Sequence record: OZ196285.1
Length of the DNA: 64,000 bases
Reading direction: 5' to 3' (one strand)
A program made the translations under genes and the position numbers. Of the stretch, positions 58,069 to 64,000 are shown in pieces (within the stretch, counting starts at the first letter, position 1; each line of letters opens with the position of its first letter). Under the pieces are notes generated by a model. It made no database searches. It worked only from the letters and a program-made list of their open reading frames with translations, and had not been told where the DNA came from.

Positions 58069-58361
58069 GATTGTACCTTAGGCAGCATTGAAACTGTCAG
58101 TTTAGGTTCGTTAAGACGACCGCGAAATTTCACAAGCATTCGGTGACTGAAGTCGTCGGGATGCTCTTCAAGATGGGCTGCAAACTCCCACAGACGACAG
58201 TCGTTGCGCATTGCTCGACCGATAGTGTGATGATAAGCTGATAAGTCAGTCTCATCATTCAGAAACTGCTCACGCGCTTCTGGTGGGCTATTTTCCCAAA
58301 GTCCCTTCAACCAACGCTGACAGTGTGCAGCTAGAATATGTTTCACTAGAAATGTTTTCAC
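58065..58361 (-). CDS. hypothetical protein
   Basis: ATGA overlaps. Confidence 0.7.
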   Translation of the reverse strand: MKTFLVKHILAAHCQRWLKGLWENSPPEAREQFLNDETDLSAYHHTIGRAMRNDCRLWEFAAHLEEHPDDFSHRMLVKFRGRLNEPKLTVSMLPKVQS

Positions 58362-58729
58362 ATGTAATCCTTAATGTCACCAACAAAATGACGAATGCAT
58401 GAGCTATCAAGTCGAGGACGCGTGTCTTCTTCTGCAATAGCAGGTAAAATGTATTGATCATTAAAAGGCTGACCACTTGCCTTTGCGATTTCGAGCGCAT
58501 CACCGCGATTGAAATACTCACCGCAGAAATTCACAAACCCCTGCCCGCGATCACCGAGTTCACTTCGATGTCGAATCGTACAACCAAGCTCTTTAAGAGT
58601 CTTGATTATAGGCGACATGTTTCTACCAAAGTGACAGCTATCAACGACGACGAGATCTTTCACTGTACCGTCAGGGTACGTTACTTCAATCGCGTTCGCA
58701 GCAGCAGAGATTACATTAATATGTTCCAT
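58358..58729 (-). CDS. conserved phage protein (QGF...FNR.DA..IA..SGQ motif)
   Basis: Motif recalled from many phage hypothetical proteins. Confidence 0.7.
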   Translation of the reverse strand: MEHINVISAAANAIEVTYPDGTVKDLVVVDSCHFGRNMSPIIKTLKELGCTIRHRSELGDRGQGFVNFCGEYFNRGDALEIAKASGQPFNDQYILPAIAEEDTRPRLDSSCIRHFVGDIKDYM

Positions 58730-58730
58730 A

Positions 58731-59063
58731 CTATCTCCGTGTAAAAATTGAGCCTAACTGACTATACTTGTTGCTGTGTAGCAACATTTGTTTCATTCGA
58801 GCGAGTGCAACTGAATTGCTCGTCACTAGAACGATAGTTTTTGGAAAGTTACCGTGGTCGATAGCATAACTTAAAATATCATAACCTTCACCATCGTAAG
58901 TTCCCAAGTCGTTGTCCATGAACAGAGTGATGTCAGTCAAGTTCGTGAACTTAACGTATTTCATCCCATCTTCGAACGTTCGAATCGTGAGTTTTTCGTC
59001 ATCGAGAACGTGATCAGCAGTCATCTTGTTGATATCACGCAAATCATCGATTAGCACGTACAT
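58731..59063 (-). CDS. cyclic-phosphate-processing receiver-like domain protein
   Basis: LIDDLRD...RTFEDG...MDNDLG...EGYDIL. Confidence 0.65.
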   Translation of the reverse strand: MYVLIDDLRDINKMTADHVLDDEKLTIRTFEDGMKYVKFTNLTDITLFMDNDLGTYDGEGYDILSYAIDHGNFPKTIVLVTSNSVALARMKQMLLHSNKYSQLGSIFTRR

Positions 59064-59329
59064 ACATCAATCTCCACGGCATGTAAGTCTACAAGCCAAT
59101 AAGTTAAATCATAAGCAGAAGCTAAAGTCGGAGTATACGAAATCCAATAATGCATGTTATTAGACATCGATTCTAGATAGAACACTGCTTCGTCAGCAGA
59201 CACGCGATAGATGAATTCTGAATTCATGTACGCATCAACAACTTTAGTACGAGGATCGATGATAACATCGAACCCAGCTTGCGTAAACAAGCTTGCAATT
59301 GTCTCGTGTTCAGTCAGAAGTAATGACAT
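59051..59329 (-). CDS. hypothetical early protein
   Basis: TTGACA-17-TATATT promoter at 59390-59362; leader motif. Confidence 0.7.
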   Translation of the reverse strand: MSLLLTEHETIASLFTQAGFDVIIDPRTKVVDAYMNSEFIYRVSADEAVFYLESMSNNMHYWISYTPTLASAYDLTYWLVDLHAVEIDVCTC

Positions 59330-59390
59330 TTTCGTTTCTCTCGTTCGCTTCGATAAATACAAATATACAGATACAGTAAGGACTTGTCAA

Positions 59391-59768
59391 ATGAAAGATG
59401 AAAAAATCTCAAACTTTTGTGAATACCTAGAAGAGAGTTGGGTTGAACGTAAGTGGAAAGAGTTTAAAGATGGCGGCGAACAGCGCACGTTGAAAAGCTT
59501 AGGTAAGAAAATGACCAAGCTCAGTAAGACGATGAAGCAAGCTGAGAGCAACGAGAACCGCAAAAGATACGAAGCAGCAGAAATGAACTTCAAGAAGATA
59601 CGAATGGACGCTACTCACGCGCTGCGTACAGCCCAGAAAGTGTCGAAAGGAAAGAACATGAGCGTTGATATGTATGAGGCGCTTAAAGTCATTGAGAGTG
59701 AGCTACAGAGCTGGATTCAATATGCCAACGATGGTTTATTGAGATTAATGACGAATCAGTTAATTTAA
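59391..59768 (+). CDS. basic helical late protein
   Basis: TAAATA 59354-59359; NFCEYLEE leader. Confidence 0.6.
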   Translation: MKDEKISNFCEYLEESWVERKWKEFKDGGEQRTLKSLGKKMTKLSKTMKQAESNENRKRYEAAEMNFKKIRMDATHALRTAQKVSKGKNMSVDMYEALKVIESELQSWIQYANDGLLRLMTNQLI

Positions 59769-59770
59769 AC

Positions 59771-59798
59771 CAAAAAAGCCCGCATTGAGCGGGCTTTT
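59771..59798. terminator. bidirectional terminator
   Basis: AAAAAAGCCCGC-ATTGA-GCGGGCTTTT. Confidence 0.85.
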
Positions 59799-59801
59799 GT
59801 T

Positions 59802-60014
59802 TTAATGGTTATGGCGTAACTTGCGATTGATCGTTTGATCTACAACCGTGGAGTACATTAAATGTTCTTTATAATATTTCTCATCAACTCGATTGCATTG
59901 GAATTGTCGAAAGTCTTTGCGCAGTCTCGCAATGAATTTATTCAGTGCTTTGCGTACTTGGCAAACTTCGTTTAGTTCCATGCCTTTTAGCGTATCTTCA
60001 GAAAGTATTTCCAT
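59802..60014 (-). CDS. hypothetical protein
   Basis: GAGG RBS before ATG 60014. Confidence 0.6.
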   Translation of the reverse strand: MEILSEDTLKGMELNEVCQVRKALNKFIARLRKDFRQFQCNRVDEKYYKEHLMYSTVVDQTINRKLRHNH

Positions 60015-60044
60015 GATTGTTACCTCTAGGTTATTAGACATAAA

Positions 60045-60110
60045 GGCGGGGTCAGGACTCGAACCTAACGTGTAACCATTCCCACCACCGAGAAAGTTAC
60101 ACCATGCTGA
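60045..60110 (-). ncRNA. tRNA-like element (T-arm plus long hairpin, no canonical acceptor/CCA)
   Basis: TTAGG-TTCGAGT-CCTGA; GTGTAAC/GTTACAC hairpin. Confidence 0.4.
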
Positions 60111-60326
60111 CTAGTAAGCCATGCTTTGAAGACGTTTCATTCGTTCTTTAAGCTCAAGATCTTCAAGATCTACCGCTTCGACTTTCACTTCTTCTGTATC
60201 AGGCTTTTCATCTTGTTTTGATTTGAGACCGATATTGTCCCACAATGGACTATTACGCCAGTTGTCGTTATAGCCATTGCCAACGCCTCGACCTTGCCTT
60301 GCGTGTGATTTATTTGCTTGACTCAT
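60111..60326 (-). CDS. hypothetical protein
   Basis: 71-aa ORF, coupled. Confidence 0.6.
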   Translation of the reverse strand: MSQANKSHARQGRGVGNGYNDNWRNSPLWDNIGLKSKQDEKPDTEEVKVEAVDLEDLELKERMKRLQSMAY

Positions 60327-60568
60327 TATTCGTTTGACTTCTTCGTAACTTGTGAAGCAACAGCAGCAGTTGCACCCGCAGCAGCGACTTTAGCACCAGT
60401 CTTAGCAGCTTTACCCGCTTTCTTAGCACCAGATTTCACGCGATCAGACATTGAACGCTTTTTCTTTTCAGGCTTCTTCTTGTCATCGGAAGGCTTTTCG
60501 TTTTTCTCTTCTTCTAACTGCCCCATGAATTGATCAAATGTTTTGTCACTCATTGTGAGTTTCTCCAT
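60326..60568 (-). CDS. small Lys/Ala-rich late protein
   Basis: TAAATA 60585-60590(-); KTFDQFMGQLEE leader. Confidence 0.6.
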   Translation of the reverse strand: MEKLTMSDKTFDQFMGQLEEEKNEKPSDDKKKPEKKKRSMSDRVKSGAKKAGKAAKTGAKVAAAGATAAVASQVTKKSNE

Positions 60569-60587
60569 TGTGTGTGTATGAGTGTAT

Positions 60588-60965
60588 TTAGAATAACTTT
60601 TCTGTTACCACTAACTCAAGTTCAGAACTCATTCGAGTTTGAGTTGGGTTCATCAAAATTTCATCAATAGAGAATCGAGCACGCTTATTTGACATGTTCA
60701 ATGACATATCAAGCCAACGGTCGCGATTTTCATCAGTACCGAACCAACGACGCTGACCGCGAAGCTGTGGGCTGCTACGCTGCGAGAAGTCATTGACGAT
60801 AGAATACACGTATCGACCGTGAATAACGATAGCAGACAAGTGTGTAGTCGTCTTAACGACATTCTTAACGATAGTATCAGAATGACGCAACTCAAATAGA
60901 ACAGTCGCGTCGGGCATCTTAGAAATGCGTGCAATTTTGGCAGGTGAAACGAATTTCTCAAACAT
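60588..60965 (-). CDS. hypothetical protein
   Basis: GAGGA RBS. Confidence 0.7.
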   Translation of the reverse strand: MFEKFVSPAKIARISKMPDATVLFELRHSDTIVKNVVKTTTHLSAIVIHGRYVYSIVNDFSQRSSPQLRGQRRWFGTDENRDRWLDMSLNMSNKRARFSIDEILMNPTQTRMSSELELVVTEKLF

Positions 60966-61028
60966 GATTTATTCCTCTTTTGTTTTACTCAGCATCGCAC
61001 ATTACGACAGTTTTGTAAACCACAAAAA

Positions 61029-61053
61029 CAAAAAAGCCCCAATTAAGGGGCTT
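61029..61053 (-). terminator. terminator of tRNA operon
   Basis: AAGCCCC-TTAATT-GGGGCTT plus T run on minus strand. Confidence 0.8.
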
Positions 61054-61068
61054 ATTCGTGCAATAATC

Positions 61069-61260
61069 AGACATTCGTGAACAGTTTTAAAGTCTTTCGC
61101 ATAAATCACATTTGACTTTCATGTTTAACGATACATGAATCCCTAACGACGAATCGTCAGTCGTGCCTTCGAGCGTATTGCTTTAAATCACCGAGAAAGC
61201 GGCTATGCGTTGCTCTATTCTTTTAAGTAAGTTTTGTTAGTTGGTTGCAGTACAATGTCT
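61069..61260 (-). ncRNA. structured ncRNA A (Y-RNA-like candidate)
   Basis: Closing stem AGACATT/AATGTCT, GTACTGCAA motif; 45/58 ungapped identity with ncRNA B at 3' end. Confidence 0.7.
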
Positions 61261-61270
61261 TTTGCAAAAT

Positions 61271-61359
61271 TGGCGGAAGCACTGGGAGTCGAACCCAGAG
61301 AACGCTATTAACGTCCGACACCTTAGCAGGGTGCTGTCATACCATTAGACCATGCTTCC
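61271..61359 (-). tRNA. trnS: tRNA-Ser(GCT)
   Basis: Cloverleaf, CT-GCT-AA loop, long variable arm, G73, CCA. Confidence 0.95.
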
Positions 61360-61365
61360 GTAATG

Positions 61366-61442
61366 TGGTGCTCAACCCGAGATTCGAACTCGGACGTTCT
61401 AGTGTTTGAAACTAGTGACTCTGCCAATTGGCCTAGTTGAGC
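61366..61442 (-). tRNA. trnL: tRNA-Leu(CAA), short variable loop
   Basis: TT-CAA-AC loop, A73, CCA. Confidence 0.9.
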
Positions 61443-61448
61443 GATGTT

Positions 61449-61525
61449 TGGTACGCGTGGGCGGATTCGAACCGCCATCCCTGAGATTTTAAGCCTCATG
61501 CCTCTGCCAATTGGACCACACGCGC
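61449..61525 (-). tRNA. trnL: tRNA-Leu(TAA), short variable loop
   Basis: CT-TAA-AA loop, A73, CCA. Confidence 0.9.
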
Positions 61526-61527
61526 AT

Positions 61528-61601
61528 TGGAGCTCGTACAGAGAATCGAACTCTGACCGTGAGATTTGCAATCTCCCATACTACCGTTATACGATACGAG
61601 C
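61528..61601 (-). tRNA. trnC: tRNA-Cys(GCA)
   Basis: TT-GCA-AA loop, U73, CCA. Confidence 0.93.
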
Positions 61602-61616
61602 ATTAAAAATGTACTT

Positions 61617-61693
61617 TGGGGTGACCGACGGGGATCGAACCCGCATCTTCCGGAATCACAACCCGGAGGTATTTCCACTTCACCCACAGCCAC
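61617..61693 (-). tRNA. trnH: tRNA-His(GTG)
   Basis: TT-GTG-AT loop, C73, CCA; genomic -1 base is T. Confidence 0.93.
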
Positions 61694-61785
61694 ACCAAAG
61701 TACACTTCGGGACATATAACGTCTGTCAACCGGACTCATTTACGTGGGTCATTCGAGCAAAGCACAACTTTGCTAGTAAGTTTTC

Positions 61786-62013
61786 TTAACTGAGATAAAT
61801 TCTATCAGGAGAGAGTTCGCGATTAAACATTTTTCTAAAGAAAATTGCAACGTCATCACTAGTGATATTCGACTCGATTTGTTGTGCAAGCTCAAGCACT
61901 TTAACGCGCTTATAGCCTTTACGCCAACAATCAAACATCAATCGATCCATTTGCTTCAATTTCTCGACTTGGTTCGAGTGAACATACTCGTGGGTTTCTA
62001 ATAGCGAACTCAT
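61786..62013 (-). CDS. hypothetical protein in tRNA array
   Basis: 75-aa ORF filling inter-tRNA gap. Confidence 0.6.
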   Translation of the reverse strand: MSSLLETHEYVHSNQVEKLKQMDRLMFDCWRKGYKRVKVLELAQQIESNITSDDVAIFFRKMFNRELSPDRIYLS

Positions 62014-62033
62014 AATAAAAATCTCATAATAAA

Positions 62034-62107
62034 TGGTGTTCCCTAGTGGAGTTGAACCACTGACTCCTCTTTGTAAGAGAGGCGTATTCCCGTTATACTA
62101 AGGGAGC
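62034..62107 (-). tRNA. trnV: tRNA-Val(TAC)
   Basis: CT-TAC-AA loop, A73, CCA. Confidence 0.93.
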
Positions 62108-62112
62108 AGATT

Positions 62113-62188
62113 TGGAACGCGTAACGAGATTCGAACTCGTACTCTCGGTTTGGAAGACCGCAGTGCTACCGTTAAACACCATACGCGC
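62113..62188 (-). tRNA. trnG: tRNA-Gly(TCC)
   Basis: CT-TCC-AA loop, U73, CCA. Confidence 0.93.
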
Positions 62189-62484
62189 ATTGTAAGTTAG
62201 TCAGACGCATTGAACAAGTCTTGAATTGCTTTCAAGTTGGTCAACTCTACTTCAAGTGTTCTTATAAAGAACGGGTTGGTCTCTATTGAGAGACGATATT
62301 CAACATCGCGAATAAATCGACCGATGTTGCCCTTGCTTAGTGTAAAGTAGTCATGCTTCTTTCTCTTCGTTTGAGGTTAGTATTAGATGAACTTGTTCGT
62401 AAACTTCTTGCTCAATCAGCCATTGTTCGTAAACGTAGTCTGCATACAAAAGTGTTTCGTACATACTTCACCTATTTTAAAATG

Positions 62485-62561
62485 TGGTGGTGACTCTGAG
62501 GTTCGAACTCAGTACCAGCGGCGTATGAAACCACGACTTTACCATCATAAGCTAAGTCACC
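62485..62561 (-). tRNA. tRNA with CAT anticodon (elongator Met or Ile2)
   Basis: TT-CAT-AC loop, G1-C72 paired, CCA. Confidence 0.9.
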
Positions 62562-62704
62562 AAAGACGATATTTCTCATTTAATCTGCACACGGGCTAGA
62601 CACCATATTTTAATGGTCTGAGTGAAGAACCTCTGCACAACAATCCCGATCTAATTGCGTTATGTGGTGACTGTCACGAGGAATCGTATCTTCAAATTAG
62701 TATC

Positions 62705-62913
62705 AGGCAATCGCGAAATGTTTTATCGTCTTTTGCATAAATCGCTATTGACTATCTTGTGTATTCTGTACAAGAACATATCACATTTTCGCAAGTGAGG
62801 CTATCATATCATCACTGATATGCACGTCTTGTAATGCTTGAAGTGACACGTTTCCGCTCACCCGCACCAAGAGCCATCTTTGAGTTAGAAAGATTAGTTG
62901 CAGTACATTGCCT
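62705..62913 (-). ncRNA. structured ncRNA B (Y-RNA-like candidate)
   Basis: Closing stem AGGCAAT/ATTGCCT with compensatory changes relative to A; GTACTGCAA motif. Confidence 0.7.
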
Positions 62914-62956
62914 AGCGCACGTTTTAGCCGAAGCAAACGTGAACTCTAATTATGTG

Positions 62957-63032
62957 TGGCACGCCATATAAGATTCGAACTTATAACCCCGAATTTAGAA
63001 GATTCGTGCTCTTCCAATTGAGCTAATAGCGC
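62957..63032 (-). tRNA. trnR: tRNA-Arg(TCT)
   Basis: CT-TCT-AA loop, CCA. Confidence 0.93.
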
Positions 63033-63109
63033 ATCATTAAGAATCGAACCATAAGATCTTGTGACACGATGGTAGTAAAGAGAGTGTCTATCTCATGTGT
63101 TCGAAAATT

Positions 63110-63184
63110 TGGTGGACCGTAAGGGACTCGAACCCTTAACTCCGCCTTGCAAGGGCAGTGTATTCCCACTTATACTAACAGCCC
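63110..63184 (-). tRNA. trnA: tRNA-Ala(TGC)
   Basis: CT-TGC-AA loop, G3:U70, CCA. Confidence 0.95.
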
Positions 63185-63190
63185 AAATTG

Positions 63191-63400
63191 TTATAACTTG
63201 ACGACGTTAATAACTCTCCAAGAGAACAATCCGTCAAGATCTTCTGCCGACTCACCTGTACATGCAGAGAGTTCAGCAACAACTTTCGCCTCGATTTCAT
63301 CGACGCTTAGTGAATCATCTACGATATACGCTTCTTCGTTGTTATTACCACCGAACGCGCCATTAAAATCGTATTCACACCATACAGAAATGAATTTCAT
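63191..63400 (-). CDS. small acidic hypothetical protein in tRNA array
   Basis: MKFISVWCEYDFNG...; GGA RBS. Confidence 0.65.
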   Translation of the reverse strand: MKFISVWCEYDFNGAFGGNNNEEAYIVDDSLSVDEIEAKVVAELSACTGESAEDLDGLFSWRVINVVKL

Positions 63401-63424
63401 TATATATTCCAAAGTTGTAAAAAA

Positions 63425-63499
63425 TGGTGCACCCACTCAGACTCGAACTGAGATAGTCGGATTACAAAACCGATATAATTGCCTTTATATTATGGGTGC
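63425..63499 (-). tRNA. trnT: tRNA-Thr(TGT)
   Basis: TT-TGT-AA loop, C2:G71, CCA. Confidence 0.88.
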
Positions 63500-63504
63500 G
63501 TTAC

Positions 63505-63614
63505 TGAGTGTCGTTTATACCGCGTCTCCAAGACCTGAGCTACCAACTCAGCGTGAGATTCGAACTCACAACGTTTCTTGTATCGAAAGAATTTAAAATT
63601 GCTGTAAACACTCA
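63505..63614 (-). ncRNA. structured ncRNA C with circularly permuted tRNA module (YrlA-like architecture)
   Basis: Closing stem TGAGTGT/ACACTCA, TTACAGCAA motif, anticodon-like arm, T-arm GTGAG-TTCGAAT-CTCAC, closed acceptor-like hairpin. Confidence 0.7.
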
Positions 63615-63622
63615 ATGGTATC

Positions 63623-63697
63623 TGGAAGGGCTAACAGGATTTGAACCCGTACTCCGAAAGTCAAAGTTTCGTATGCTACCAGTTACATCATAGCCCT
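63623..63697 (-). tRNA. trnQ: tRNA-Gln(TTG)
   Basis: CT-TTG-AC loop, CCA. Confidence 0.9.
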
Positions 63698-63707
63698 ATT
63701 GTTTGTC

Positions 63708-63856
63708 AAGACATCTTACACGACGGCGTAAGTGAACGTTCTAATGGTTAGTTCAGAATCCACGTCATAATATTGATGCTATATTCGCGCCACTATCTGC
63801 TGATAGATATGTTATGCATCATCTATGCAGACTCTTCTTGCGCTGTAAATTGCCTT
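63708..63856 (-). ncRNA. structured ncRNA D (same family)
   Basis: AAGGCAAT-TTACAGC 5' arm pairs with TGTAA-G-ATGTCTT 3' arm. Confidence 0.55.
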
Positions 63857-63896
63857 CTTATGATATGAGACTGTCACTTCTCAAATCACGACAAAT

Positions 63897-63971
63897 TGGC
63901 GGTCCCGAAGGGAATCGAACCCTCATCTCAGCATAGACAGTGCAGCATAATTGCCATTATACGACGAGACC
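63897..63971 (-). tRNA. trnD: tRNA-Asp(GTC)
   Basis: CT-GTC-TA loop, G73, CCA. Confidence 0.92.
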
Positions 63972-64000
63972 TTTAAATTAAGTACAGTAATCGTTTTAGT

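Noticed and set aside
61067-61264. Reading ncRNA A/B on the plus strand as a classical Y RNA (bulged C, 3' U-tract)
   Set aside because: G-U pairs in B and D, the T-loop polarity in C, the tRNA operon direction and the TROVE leader all point to the minus strand; stranded RNA-seq would settle it
62601-62683. HNH endonuclease remnant (HHI...LCGDCH) on the plus strand, or a degenerate tRNA 3' end (CACTCAGACCA) on the minus strand
   Set aside because: The two motifs are in different frames with stops and no start; the tRNA-like end lacks an intact T-arm and acceptor partner; both could be chance
63033-63109. Pseudo-tRNA with GGTTCGATT
   Set aside because: T-stem does not pair and there is no acceptor stem or CCA; too degraded to call
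63147-63693. Plus-strand ORFs across the tRNA array (63147..63596, 63508..63693, 62387..62599, 61444..61719)
   Set aside because: Antisense to tRNAs and ncRNAs, with no RBS or recognisable protein features

Overview
A 64-kb segment of a large lytic T4-like myophage. A Vibrio-type host is inferred from the KVP40-like NadV and TAAATA late promoters. Layout: (1-10.2 kb) early region of small ORFs with two expanded paralogue families, sigma70 promoters and an intergenic cluster of DnaA boxes; (10.2-19.8 kb) a late-promoter locus headed by a Ser/Thr-repeat protein and followed by modification enzymes (KpsS-like GT, QueC-like ATPase, 2OG-Fe(II) oxygenase, degenerate NAMPT-fold PRTase, two radical SAMs, nucleotidyltransferase-kinase, HAD); (20-43 kb) NadV, a second GT/radical SAM cluster, nrdA/nrdB/glutaredoxin, SLT, AAA ATPase, topoisomerase gp52, QueE, an ART-like protein, M15 endolysin, PhoH and a Tad2-like protein; (43-55 kb, minus) four tail-fibre/adhesin genes; (55-64 kb, minus) an RNase H-like gene, a TROVE/Ro60-like vWA protein and 13 tRNAs. 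Three candidates for an undescribed system stand out. (a) Four structured ncRNAs interleaved in the tRNA array share a closing stem plus a TAC(A/T)GC motif with the 5' leader of the TROVE/Ro60-like gene, and one carries a circularly permuted tRNA: a candidate phage Ro60-Y-RNA-like system with autoregulation. (b) The Ser/Thr hairpin protein and its tailoring operon. (c) The DnaA-box cluster. All family assignments come from motif recognition by eye; no database search was run.
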